Shown piece by piece: positions 48,494 through 62,002 of a stretch of DNA of 64,000 nt (positions are counted from its first letter, which is position 1; the number at the start of each line of letters is the position of its first letter). The notes beneath the pieces were generated by a model that made no database searches, had not been told where the DNA came from, and saw only the letters and a program-made list of their open reading frames with translations. Source of the DNA: Takakia lepidozioides (taxonomy: Eukaryota; Plantae; Bryophyta); assembly GCA_030704615.1 (NCBI GenBank), contig CM060733.1, positions 19,096,001 to 19,160,000 of the forward strand, in the 5' to 3' direction. The position numbers were made by a program, and so were the translations under genes.

Positions 48494-51239
48494 CAGACTT
48501 AGCCCATTCCCTAATATAAAAGCTTATGCCAAACGAGGATGATTTGTGTGATCATCATAGTGTACTTGGATGAGTATGATATTTGGATGATGGGCACTTG
48601 ATGCCCCTGCATGTGATTTGATTGGCCCACCCGTGAGGCTCCTCTTGCGAGAGATCCTTCCTTTCTAGCTTGGCGTGCTTTACTGGCTACTTCCCCGTTT
48701 TAACGCCCGGGCTCTAAGAGGAGAAGAGCATATCCCCCGGTAGAGGAATTGGTCTTACTGTGAGCACAACCCACATTCATGGGAGTTTTATGTTTTTTAA
48801 CATGGTCATAGAAATTCTAAGTTTTCAAAATGGAATAAAACCATAAGCTGGGTATAGAGGACTGGTGCATTTGTACGGTACATCTGCGCCAATTCAGCAA
48901 GGCGAAACCTTCGGTAGAGTAGCCAGAAACCCTAAACCTATAGCGGCGGCGACGAATTTCGCATTGAGAAATGACATGTGATATGGGCACAAACCTAAGC
49001 ATCGGTGGGTTTCGCATTGAGAAACCCTTAGTGGTATAGCTTGAGTCAAAACTTTGTATATGAAATCCCATCCCCCAACAATCCAACATCCAAAAAGAAT
49101 GGGTGGGGGCTTTAAAAGTGACATTCATCCTTTTAGTTGCAATGTGATTTCTTCTCAGGCTAGTTTCGCCATGCGAAATTATCCATGGGTGAGGACCCTA
49201 ATTTCACGAAAATTTGGTGAAAATTCGGGGAATATGCCCTTGTGTACCCAACCTCTAATGCAGTAGGTGATACTAGAATGGTAATTTGATCTTTCTTGTT
49301 AATATATCTAGCTCTATGAAATTTTTGTTTCTCCTCTTGGGGATAGTTTTACCCACCGCCTTGGAGCACCGCCTACAACAAAGAGGGGCTTAGGGTTTCA
49401 AAGGAAATGAATGATAGCTGCCACGCCAACCGCCTTGCTTTTCATCCAGCCCACGAATAGCAGGTCCTTAGAAGTACACCGACGCTTTGGCAGTGGCGGC
49501 GCTTCTCTGTTTTAGTTGATACTCCATCTTACATCACGCTATGCATACCAACCCCCTGCCTGAAGAAGGTCAGACAACAGGAAAGAGGATGGGTTGGAAA
49601 GTCCGGGAGGGCCGCTCACTATTTTTCTCCCGCAAACTCTAAGTATGGGAGTTTTCCATGAAGGTCAGTGCATGCATGGATGGATGGCAATAACAGAGTA
49701 GATCGCGCAGTTGACACCAATGCCTTTTGTATAATAGAGGGCCGTGAAACTATGCTGGACTTGGCCAATGGCCCCTCATTATGAGAACCATGGGTCCAAG
49801 GCAGCTCCACGACAGAGTGATCAAGCATGCTCCAAGAGTGTCTGCAGCCTTTTAGGCTCAGCCAGTACTGCAGGCATCCTGAGTGATGTCCAGAAAAGCA
49901 GCTAAACGAGTAACACCAGTGTATCAGTGTATCAGCCCACACACATCGTAAACACGTTATCATCTACCGGGGCTCTCTTATGGTACATATCGGAGCAGTT
50001 GTTGTTTCCTGAGCTGTTTGCACTGGATAGCTAGACGTCTCCAAACTTTGCACCTTCAAGGGGAATCCGAACTATAAATTCTCCATTTTGATAAAGTATC
50101 CTACCACGTCCGGCGGTTGCTCAGCAAAAGGATCCAGCGAGGCAATAACAACGACAACATGGGATTTGATACTTTCAAACGTGTCCGACCAAACTGAAGT
50201 ACCTTGCGTTTATTTGTCTCTCGGTAGAAAGTATAGATCACATGTTTACATACTCTCGCCACAACAAGAACCAGCTCACATCAGATGAGAAATCTTTGCT
50301 CTGACATCGACAACCATTGAAATAGTAATACGCCTTGAGAGTCCAGCCACCACTGCAATCTCTGGCTTCGCTCATTCCTTCGAGAGCACCTTCCGCGAGG
50401 TGAAGCGGTGCCACAATGTGTGAATGCAGCATTGCTCCATATGCAGTTCTTCTCCTTGTAATATCGTTACAAGTCGCCAGATGCAAATCCGATGTGCTAG
50501 CTAAGCCTACCAAGAACTTGACACGAGAACCCATAATTCGCTTGATATAAACAATTCTCCATCTCACCAATGTGGATCAGCACAGGAGAGGAGGGTCGAG
50601 TATGGAGGGGACTAAGAGGGTGATACGAAATTATCCCACTTCTTCCGAAGTCTTCTAACCTCGGTTCCCCTTTTCGGCCTGACGATACCGAAGGAGCTAT
50701 AATGGTGAATGTACATATATGCATAAAAAATGGGCTCCAAGAAACGCCGTCACAAGCATCCGTGAGGACTTAGAATTCTCAAGCCTCTGCTAATTTTCCC
50801 GCTATAGTTAGCCAACCACCAGCAAGAAGTGATATATTGAGGGTTACGAGCCAATTTTGTAGCCCACCCGATGGTTTAGACATGGCTGGATTTAGTGAAG
50901 ACAACAGACATAGCTGTACCTGTGGTACATTGTGAGGCGTGAAATTGTTTCGATTGAGTGCTGCTAGAGCAAATTAGGAAGGAGAGGCGTGCGGGGATGC
51001 CAATGAACTGCATCAGAAAATGGACTTTGTATTCAGGTTGCCCGCACATCGGGCAATTGAATATCTCCTTTTCCTCCCTGCATCTGTTTATTGTTCAAAG
51101 GTAGACTCCCCACTCTGAGTTTAAAATTCAGTCAAGTGCCGAAGGTAGGTAGGACCTTCCGTTCATTCCTTCAGGTCCTAAAGGTCAGGCAGCCGAGAGA
51201 GAATGAGAAGAAGACAGAAACCAATAGAAAGTAGGGAGA

Positions 51240-52628
51240 ACCTGTCAATAAGAAGAAGGCTGACAGCTCGTCCCTGATGCTGAGATGCATGGATCATTTG
51301 GTGAGATGTGGTCTGCCACACATCACTGACCGATGTCAGCCACTACTTCGTTTTCCATGGGACCAGCCCAAAAAACTGTGAAATCATATACTAAAAGCAC
51401 AATGGTCATAGCAAAGCAACTCCACTACAACAAGGACGGAATTAACGATGGTTTCTCAATCAGCTGGTTAGGTAGGGGTGTGGGTGCTTGCATCTGACTG
51501 TTTTAGATACTTCGTGTGGAACAAGATGTGCACCCCGATGTTGGCTTCGGCCCCTGCGTGTGTTGCGACATCCTTTTTTCTCCACTAATTTGTTGTATTG
51601 TTCAATGGTATGTGGGTCGCGTTCTTTCTGCTCCAATTGTCATCTGCATGACCTTTGAGGGTGCCCTCCCTTGTGTCGGGTTTGAATTTATGGAGTCGCA
51701 GTAGGTAGTGATGCAACAATTCTTAGTAACGTCAACTATCTGAGACTTTGCAAGAATTGTGTGTGTGTGTGTGGTGGGGGGGGGCTGTTGGAAGGCGGCA
51801 GTGACATGTCTGCTGCCCAAGGAGGGGTTCGGAGGATGGGAGGCAGGGGTCCTGTGGTATGACATAGATGGTCATTTTGACGTACTAGGGTTGGTGTGTC
51901 TTCTGCAAGCTCGTATCTACCAGTGTATGCCCTGCTTGCCATTACCTGCTGCTCTGCTAAGGTAGGGATTGACTGGAAAGTAGCTAATGTGGGTAGCCAA
52001 GGGTGGAAGGCATGGAGCTAGATTTTGTTGAAAATGTCTTACTGGGAGGGATAAAACTCCTTAAATTGCTACTTTTCAAGAGTCTCCTGTAATTTAGAAG
52101 TGGGTCGGTTGCCAGTTCAGTATGTGCATTGGTTTATAAGAAAAGTGCTACATGGCAATGGCATAGCAAAGGCACAGGCAGGAAGGAAGTTCCGAATTCG
52201 AGAAAGGTGGAGAGATAGTGGAGGATGGAGAGCATGTCATCGACACCTGTTTGAAGCGTTCTGTTGCTGATATAATTCCACAAAATAGTGAGCTGTGTGT
52301 CATTCGAACCATCTTCTGGCAATTCTTCTCTCATTAAATCCTTTAGTGCCAAGAAGTCAAAACCCAACGACAACTCGCATGGATCGTGTTGTGGAAACGA
52401 GTGCACGTAAAAGAGACTGTAATTGAAGGTGGAGGTAGACAAGAGGTAGTGCACCTCCAGAAGAAACTCGGTCTTGCCAGATCCAGAGGCCCCCCCACTT
52501 CCACCACATTCCCCGGCTGCAAACTCACACGCTGTATCGGTGACAGAAGGGGCAGCGACCGCCGCAACACCCTGCGCAACATAATTTCAGTAGATCCATC
52601 CCCGCGCACCCACTGCTGCACCTTCATT
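51240..52628 (-). pseudogene. XRCC2: Partial XRCC2 pseudogene (exon-1 frameshift, exons 2-3 inverted, 3' exons missing)
   Basis: C7 instead of C8 run near 52490 shifts the frame in the Walker A region. 51476-52258 is the reverse complement of 32267-33131. Confidence 0.88.
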
Positions 52629-53621
52629 GCCTCCAACTCATTGCCTGCTGCTGCTCCCTCACCCACCAAGCATCTTTTCAGCCCTTCAATGCACCACCCT
52701 TGTTCTCACATCCCGCACACATGGATTCCTCACTGTGCGATCCTCGCCCACCTTCGCACACTGTCTTCAAAATTCTAAGTCCAAAGTCGACCAGCTTTCT
52801 GCTAGGGTTTTCCGCAGTCCCAGGCTGCCTCTTTGAAGAGAGACTAGAACTTCGGTAAATTGTTATAATAACAAAAGAACCAAATGCTTTTAGCTACTTA
52901 CTACTTAGGCCTTCTCACAATGCTCGAGCGGGGTGGTTAAAAATGTAACACTTCATCAACCTTCTGAATTACCACTTACTCCTTTGCAGATGAAACTTAC
53001 TGTCAACCATTCTGCCTAAGTTTATGACAGAAGGTGCTTTCGGCACTATGTACCCGCTGGACCCACCTGTGTCAGAGCTACTTGACCTCCGCTGTCTCTG
53101 GCAATTGCCTCTCCACGAGCCAACGGGGTTGCTGCGTCTGTCGCCTCGTTACCTTTCTCTTCTTTTACTACAACAGTCTCTTGTAAGACTGGGCCCTACG
53201 CTTCTTGGGTAAGTTTGTCTTCTCGAGTTGACAACCGATATTCTAGTATTATTTGCAATGGCATGATCCTCCCGACTTGATCCTATCAAAATTTCAGGGA
53301 GACAGTGAAGTGATCTTCGTGTCTTATAACAGTACGTGCCCATATTGAAGGCTTTCGCATTGACTTAGTAGTAAGGAGACCCAGAGCCAATGTAGCCAAC
53401 CCACCAGTGTTCTTATGTAACAATATGTACTGTTCCATTAATGTGAAGACCAATACATACATCATACACATAGTAACTAATACCAACACAATCAACCACA
53501 GTAGAACTACTATACTTTTAGTTCAAAAACAAAAAGCCAAAGATCTAGCCTGGGCATGGCTCGAGCATGCATCCTTGTATGCATTTTTGTAGAGCAGTTG
53601 GAATGTGGTATCCCCATCCAA

Positions 53622-56205
53622 TTACGTGACAGCGGTGACAGATGATACACAAGAGATGAAGTCTGGATCTTCCTGCAGTCTCTTCGCAACATCGGGAGGC
53701 GGTTTGAAGTTTATTTCTATTGTGCCATTGCTGTGCTCTGGAAAAAAACCGATCAAAGGATTGACGGTAGACTTCTTGGCGTAGAAGACAGTATAGGCAA
53801 AAGCCGGGCCCCATCCGAAGTCACAACGTTCAAGACTTGGACAAACAACCATTCTTTTTTTTCTTTCTCCATCATGGTAAAATAAGACTTGATTTGTTCA
53901 GCGGTGAGATCTGCAATCGTCATGTGCAGCAGGTTTGCAGCATATGAGATTCCATTTCCCAAAAGCTCTCCCACAGTGGTGACTGCCACTGCGGTAAGAA
54001 TTGCATTTCCAAAATAATTCGTAGAGAGCTCTGGCCACCGTTTCCTGCAATCCACGCTATTGAAGTATCGAGTTTCCTCCATATCTGCAAGCAATCGAGC
54101 CCGCGTAATGGCCCTCCAGATATTGGCACCGATCACTACATAAGCACTGTACGTAGACCCATCTGGTGAATCTTCCAGCGCTTTATCTTTGAGCTTCGTT
54201 TGCATCGGTAGATCAAAAAGAATGTGCAAAGTTGTTGGGTCTAGGGCCTGAGTCACGATAGGAGGACCCTTTGAATCCTTGACGTAACGATTACCCACCA
54301 ACGGTAACCTCGTACTAAACGCCTTTCGAAAGGTTTCTGTCCAATCTGAGTTGTGTGACTCTTATGCCAATTTGATTAGATTGGCTCGCGAGCTAAAATT
54401 GGGAGGAAGGGAGATGCGTTCCCCACGGGCGAGCTCTGCCCGTGACTTGATAAATTGCCACACTGTCATTCCATCTGCGATTCCATGGAAGTAAACATAA
54501 CCAAGTACATAGCCGCCACACTTGAGATGAGTGATCTGCGGTTTTAAAAAAGAATCGATATATCACTCCGAAACTCGAATTGGGTCATGTGCATTGCGAT
54601 CAAAAGTGCTAATCTACTATTGCACATGTCATGTGTCATAACCTTCACACCTGAAATGGAAGCCATTTAATGTCGCGTAGAAGCTACCTGGGCGCCGAAA
54701 AGAGGACCGCGGGTTTGCCAGGTACCGAAGTCCTTCCCATGGATTGGGATGGGTTGGACAAAGTGTTGATACATGTCAGCCATGTTGTAGTTACTTAGCA
54801 CCGGCACAGTGATGGGAGCTGAAGCCTCAACAAACTTCACCCCTGCATCGTTACAGTCCACGGCTGTCTCCCCGTCCTCCCCGTCTTCGTCTTGTACAAA
54901 CTGGCCTGCATGGTCTCCCAACGTCTACTAAGCTCTATGCAAGTATCTACCCAATATTAGTGGGTTAGCTTCCCTTGCATGCCTAGCTAGCTTCACACAT
55001 GAACATCAAGCCTAGTGGCCAACAACAAAGAGAACCCACACCCCTCCTAGAGATCCCAATGCATGGTTAGCTCTCTAGGGGTTAGATCTTTCCACTCTTA
55101 AGCCAAAAGACAGCATAGATAAAAATGACAACTGCTTGGACCTCTTTGCCACTAAGGAGGGTTAGTCTCTCTCTTTCCCAAGCTCCTACTACTCCTTGGG
55201 TAGCCGGCATGGTCTCCCAACGTCTACTAAGCTCTATGCAAGTATCTACCCAATATTAGTGGGTTAGCTTCCCTTGCATGCCTAGCTAGCTTCACACATG
55301 AACATCAAGCCTAGTGGCCAACAACAAAGAGAACCCACACCCCTCCTAGAGATCCCAATGCATGGTTAGCTCTCTAGGGGTTAGATCTTTCCACTCTTAA
55401 GCCAAAAGACAGCATAGATAAAAATGACAACTGCTTGGACCTCTTTGCCACTAAGGAGGGTTAGTCTCTCTCTTTCCCAAGCTCCTACTACTCCTTGGGT
55501 AGCCAAGACCTTCATCCTTCTCTTTGTTAATCCGCGTTCATCCTTCTACTGCTCATCCAGTTTGCCTTGAGCTTGTTGTCTTTGTCACTGAGCTTGTTGA
55601 CTCTTTCTCCGGCACACTCTATACTCTACTTGCCAAATCCAAGTGTGTTTCTCATCACCTCTTTTCCCCTTACAAACCTTGCACCCATCTGAAATGCAGG
55701 CTTTTAAGGTTAATTTGTAATTTTACAAATCATGTTTGTATGAACCTTCCTGTTCTGACCTTGTTTTTGTTTTGATTGACATTACAAGCATGGCTTCAAA
55801 CTCAACCAATTGGGCTTCATGTGGGGGGATGCAACAAAGCTGGCAACTTTGCCACTTTAGGCAGTCTAGTTTCCCCGAAGCCTAGATACCAAAGCTGGCA
55901 TGACAGACTTGGATAATCGCATCTAGATAGTACTGTAGCCGCCATGTAGTCGGTGCACTCCTGAAGGGTGGATCATGATTTACCTGCAAGTGGGTAGTAC
56001 TCTGCCAGCGCTCTTGAGAAACTCTCCCTTAGTCTTCCATTGAACTACTCCACACTGAGGTCTTCTTCAGCGCTTGCGTCGAACAGGAACACCTTTCTGA
56101 GGGGAGGAGCTCTCAGAATGCGGAGATCGAATTATAAGTGGGAGCCGCTGCAACTCCCGCCTCTGGTCAGGACGTGGCGTGGGAACCACCATGGTTTTTG
56201 ATAGG
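53622..56205 (-). pseudogene. BAHD acyltransferase pseudogene (duplicate)
   Basis: Near-identical to 34472-36193, but with a TCA>TAA stop near 54362, a frameshifting deletion near 53840, an altered/deleted start region, and a ~940-bp insertion in intron 1. Confidence 0.88.
54908..55504. repeat. Tandem duplication, 299-bp period, 2 copies
   Basis: gcatggtctcccaacgtctactaag...ctccttgggtagcc at 54908-55205 and 55207-55504; no differences seen by eye. Confidence 0.93.
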
Positions 56206-58701
56206 ACAGTCTAAGCAAATAGGGTCGACTTCACCGGGAGAAGTTTGTGGACTTAGTGAGCTAGGCGCAAGCTGATCAATAGGAATCCAGAATCAAACAG
56301 TACTAGAAAGTGATTGAAGGTCTGAAACATTGTCAATGCTGATCGATCACGAGTCTGCAGGAAGAGTCTAAGCTAGAGCTGGATATAATCCACGTAAGTG
56401 GATAGTTCACACAGTCCACCGGTGACCATGAGAGGAACTATGAACTCAAATTGGCACTTCTGTGAGGTCTCCCCCCTCGCACATGCGCATCACTTTCTCC
56501 TGCACTGACTGACGACGCAGAAGGGACTTCCCGAGAAAAGGTGCAATCAAAAACCTCCTTTCACGGCCTTGAAACTCATATCTCTCTCTCTCTCTCTCTC
56601 TCCCAGTGGTTGGGTGTTTGTGCCTTGCTGTGCATAACCTAGGTGATCCTGGGTTCAATCCTTCAACATGTGCCTTCAGACCGTCCATTGGGCCCTTGAT
56701 GGCTTGTGTGTAGAGCAGTAGGCTCTGTAAATTCATTGGAAATTCGTTAGAGAAAACTTTATCTTATCTCTCTCTCGCTCAGCAGCCTTTCTGGCACTTG
56801 TAAGGTTAAATTTTTGGGAAGATAATAAAAATGAGGTAAGAACTTAATGCACACGTGTAACCGCTACAAGGACGGTACTCCGGGTGCCGGCATGTCAATC
56901 TTCCCCACCCTCTCTTGAGAGTGACATGGGACAGAGGGAGCGTAAACTCCAGTCGAGGTTAGGGAGTGTAACTCTACTTGGGGTTACACTGGGTTCCACT
57001 GGGGGTTACACTCACACTTGGTCTCGAAATTTTACTGCCCAAATTTTCTTTAGTATAAAATGGACTAAGAAGAGTTACACAAGGCACCAGGAGTGCACCA
57101 GTGGTGATATCAATACCAGGGTTACAATACAATGGCCTCCCATCAACAATCGGGCCAAAACCTCGCCGCCAGCACTGCAATCACCTTACCAACACGCTAC
57201 CCATCCCAAACTAGACACCCCTTTGGATTCTTAAGTGTTTTGAAACCAAGGTAAGAGTGGGTGGGGAAGATTTGACAAGACTCCCACCGCGAAAGTACCG
57301 TCAAATGGCAGGAGTGCATTTCTATTATCTTCCATTTTTTCCTTACCTTTTAATTAACCGTACTTGGGCCTCACTGGGCCCTGGCTGTATTCCCTTATAT
57401 CATTGAATCGTTAACATCTTTATTTATCTAGACATGATCAATCTTAACAATGACGACTACTCTTTAAGCAAAAGAGAAAAAAAAAGGTCTGGCGTTTGAA
57501 GGACCTCTTGTGGGGTTTTGGGGCTTGGAGGATGCATATTTTGGAGTCGTCTGTGAAAACCAGCAGGATAGAGCTGAGCAGCCACAGTTTTAACCACAGC
57601 TTGTAAGACTAAACCTAACCACAGCTTTGTAAAACTAAGCGGAACCGCCAACCCGCTCAAGTATCTTGCAAGTTCAAGGAAAGATCCTACTTTAATGCCA
57701 TGCTTGGGGAGAAAACACTGCGATACCCACAGGAAGAGCCGTTTTTGCAAGACGAAGGAAGACTGTAACTCAACGCAACGAATAGGGGTACATTCCAACC
57801 CACAAAAATATGTTGCTCCCGAGTCAGTCCCTCTTTGACAGACTCCTTCGCATCCTACATGAAGAAAGCGCACCTTGTGAGCGCTGTAGTCCAGCCATTG
57901 TGAAGGATCTTTAAAGAACTCCTGCCAGCGCTGTCCCATGCTCCAGCGTTGATCTACGTGCCGGACATACCAAAAGCTTCAAGAGGGCAAGAGTGACTAC
58001 ACCTGAGGAGACATGAAAACTGTTCGTCGAACCTCCTGCATTTTTATTCAACTGCACATCTGTAAGCCAGAATGTTGCCAGTTGCACCGGTGTCGTCGCA
58101 TCCGATTCATTCCAATGGGGGGTATCTGGGAATTGAATCTCTCCTCGACGAATTCGGTTGTAGAGAATAGGCTTGGAATCCTCAGACTGCAGCCAGTCCC
58201 CATTTTGAAATGGAGAAAGGGTTTGCAGCATCCACCATGTAGGATCTCCCTCCCTCGTGAAACCCATCCACGCACACGGGGAATCATCGTCCCTTCCCCG
58301 CGCTGCAAGACACCTCTCCAGGTTATTTTCAGGCATTTCGGGCTTGTTCTTAAAACAAATGATGACGATGATGTGGCATAACGACGACGTCGTGGCGTGA
58401 CGATGATGATGTGTATTTGATGAAAGCGTCGCTCACTTTCTCGGTCTTCATATTCATGTTCATGGCGACGATGGCGTGACTACGATGAAGTGGCACTATG
58501 GCACCCTATTCTCGCTCTACGCTAAACTAGTCTCTGATCTTCAGTCTAGAATTACTACCTAAGGAGGATTGCAGGTATTGTTTTACTTGGTTTTGGATTA
58601 CCCGCTTCTAAATTAATTGAATCATTGAATTCACTTAGCATTAAATTTGGTACAAGGCAGGTTCCACCATAGTGTGATCATGGCTCCAGCACAAGCTCTA
58701 G

Positions 58702-59290
<589 letters not shown>

Positions 59291-60472
59291 GAGGCTGGTT
59301 TACAACTAGTGTGCATGCCGGTGCAGATTATCCGGTGGTGAGGGGACAAGACTACCATAGAAGTGGTTGTGGGTTGAAAGAATCTAGTTGTATGTTGATG
59401 TGACTTACTGTAGCCAACCTAGCTCTAGGAAAAGAGAGGGGTCGGGTGAACCGGTTTGCTTAAACAGTACCTGATGAGTTTGGAGGCCTTGGGGAAAGAG
59501 CTCTCTGTGTATGCCTTAAGTTTCACAAGTTTGTATCTCAGACTGAGGAAGACGAGTGGCGGGTGGTGTGTAGAGCTTTGCTATCCAAGCTTTAAGCTCT
59601 TTACCTGTTCCTATGTTCTAAGCTGTCTTCAAAGACAGCAAAGTAAACTGCTGTTGTAAGACTTTGGCTGGATTTTCACAGATTTTTCAGTAGTTGAGAT
59701 TTCTCTAGACTCATAGAGTGAGTTCGGCTCCAAATCATCTGCCACATGTTGGACAACTATCTATTCCTGGTACACTTAAAGAGAGATGCAGCACTGGCAT
59801 TTCTTGAGGAGGTTGCCCAGTTGTGAAGAGATTTCTTCTCAGGTTGTCTGACTCAGAAACTGGGGGCAGCGCTGGAATCTAGCATGAGTTCAATGCAAGT
59901 TTTGATCAACAGCAAATCACCTGTACCTTGATTGTCAGGAATGGCACTACGGTGATTTTTTACGAGGCAGGCGGCTCCAAGAAGGTTGATTATATAGTGA
60001 AGACTATGCCCTGAAGATGGCCATTGCCAAAACTTCACGAGGACAGGAAAGGAGCAAATCTCATCTACTGAATCTTTCCTACCTAAACAGGGCAAAAATA
60101 CACACCCCCCACCCTAAACCTGCAAGTTTCTATTCCAAATTGAACGTCTCTGGAACTCCCACCATTGGCAGCTCTTACACCTGCTGGTTGGACAACAACC
60201 ATCATTTACAGAGACAATCTTGTGTAAATGGTGAGCACACCAATGTGCTTCAGAAGTACAGCTTTTGGGTATGGTCCTAAATCTGACTAACATGTTGTAG
60301 GTTTGCCATGGTTTACATACAGAGAGACCTGACTTCCACTTACTACCCAATACATGTAACTCAAGGACCACCCTGCCGACGCTCTTGAAATGGTGAGAGC
60401 CACCCCACACCATGCACAAAAGAGGGGGGTAGAATTGACTACTCATCCGGCAAGGAAAATCCATCTCTGCAA

Positions 60473-62002
60473 CTATCGGAACCGAGCTGAAACTTGATCG
60501 TACCGGGGAACATGTACCACATCACCCCATGAAGCCATAGTTAGAGGCGTGGAAATCATCTTTCCAGCCACTGCAGCAATGTCTTGCAAAGTCAAGGACT
60601 GCACACCCTCAATGAATACTTCTACTGGCTTGCGATGTCCGTATGTCAAAATTTGCCGTCCAATATCTTCAGTGACCACAACCCGTGACTCCAAATTCAT
60701 CAAGACTGCTGAAATGGTTGAGTTCTTAGCACGCTGTAACTCAACTTGTGTCACTTTGCCTGGTGTTGCGACCTCTATGAACTCCTTGGCAGCTAGATCA
60801 ACGAGATGGGGAACAAAATCGGAGCCTGAGGTGGCGTGGATCCCGAAAAGGCCAGTATCATTGTAGATGCTGTTAAACGCAGTAAATGACTGAACTTGCT
60901 CATACCTATTGAGTACCCGTGTGTACAAGCGAGAGTACATTCCTTTGCCAGGACCCCCTGCGGAAAATGAACCTCCTCCTCCTAAAAGCACCTGCAAGAC
61001 TGTGGCAGCGAACGATTCCTTCTCATTGCGCCAACCTCCCGGAAATTCAAATGCAACAGCAACGTGTGTCTTGGGGGAGTCTGCAGCCTGGCGCCAGTCA
61101 CCTCCCACGTACTCTGTGGCGACAGGAGCTGATTGAGGGACTGCGGCCATATCTGAGAGCAGAGGTTCAGCCACCGACAGGAGCTCCTCATGATCCACAC
61201 CAGACGCTGCCAGCACTATCCGAGGAGCAGTGTAATTCTCGGCTACAAACTCTCGAAGTATTTCACCATTCAATCTCTCAATTGCGGGTAGAGGAGCCAA
61301 AAGGGGGTGAGCAAGCGCTCCTACATAACCTGCTGAATGCAGGGCCTCCAATATCAAACACTGTGGATTGTTGGCCACCTCAGCAATCTCTGCTTTTACT
61401 TTCTCCTTCTGCTCCTGAACTTCCCATTCATTGAAAAGAGGGTTTCGCACACTGTCAATCAGAAGCTCCACCATCTCAGGCATGAAGGTTTTGATCGTAT
61501 CTCCAGTATAACACATCTGCTCGCGTGATGCGTTGGCCATAACGTTTCCCCCGATCGCCTCAACCTCCCGAACCAGCCGGAAATGCGATCGATTGCTGGT
61601 GCTCTTGAATGCCATACGCTCAAGCATATGTGAGGCTCCAGAGGTGGCTGGAGTTTCATCCTTCGAGCCGGAATCAATATAGATTCCGATGGTTGAGCTA
61701 GGGCCAGGAGTATCCTCTGTAGCAATCTTGAGACCATTGGCAAGAGTGCTTATCTTTGTCTGTGCTGGCTTGATGTCATCAGGTAAAGGAGGTGGCAGAC
61801 GCACTCCAGGCAGGGACTCATACAGAGGCGGGATGTCTGGTGGTGGCAACTCTCCCACCAGCCATGTCAGAAGCCCTGTGCTCGACGGTGTGGGCTGCAC
61901 AGCAGGCACCGCCTGTCGAGCTGCACTTGTGCGAATCAAGCGCCGGCCGCCATAGCCCACAAGCTTGGCAAGGCGCTGCCGCCCAAGCCCGACCCTAACC
62001 AT
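60473..62002 (-). CDS. MPPA: Mitochondrial processing peptidase alpha subunit (M16 family), intronless, 509 aa from ATG 62002
   Basis: Arg-rich presequence; TLANGLKIA; GASHMLERMAF (inactive HxxEH variant); ASREQM; glycine-rich loop GGGGSFSAGGPGKGMYSRLY; EDIGRQILTYG. Confidence 0.95.
   Translation of the reverse strand: MVRVGLGRQRLAKLVGYGGRRLIRTSAARQAVPAVQPTPSSTGLLTWLVGELPPPDIPPLYESLPGVRLPPPLPDDIKPAQTKISTLANGLKIATEDTPGPSSTIGIYIDSGSKDETPATSGASHMLERMAFKSTSNRSHFRLVREVEAIGGNVMANASREQMCYTGDTIKTFMPEMVELLIDSVRNPLFNEWEVQEQKEKVKAEIAEVANNPQCLILEALHSAGYVGALAHPLLAPLPAIERLNGEILREFVAENYTAPRIVLAASGVDHEELLSVAEPLLSDMAAVPQSAPVATEYVGGDWRQAADSPKTHVAVAFEFPGGWRNEKESFAATVLQVLLGGGGSFSAGGPGKGMYSRLYTRVLNRYEQVQSFTAFNSIYNDTGLFGIHATSGSDFVPHLVDLAAKEFIEVATPGKVTQVELQRAKNSTISAVLMNLESRVVVTEDIGRQILTYGHRKPVEVFIEGVQSLTLQDIAAVAGKMISTPLTMASWGDVVHVPRYDQVSARFR

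Larger units (their letters stand above)
51020..57350. repeat. Degenerate segmental duplicate of ~31590-36650 (XRCC2 5' part + BAHD + BAHD upstream region)
   Basis: Long collinear near-identity (e.g. 53530-54900 vs 34380-35815; 55865-56490 vs 35846-36475; 57290-57350 vs 36575-36650), interrupted by copy-specific insertions. Confidence 0.92.

Noticed and set aside
57870-57940. WQEFFKDPSQWLD, similar to the PDF motif of organellar ssDNA-binding (OSB) proteins
   Set aside because: An isolated short match without supporting exons.
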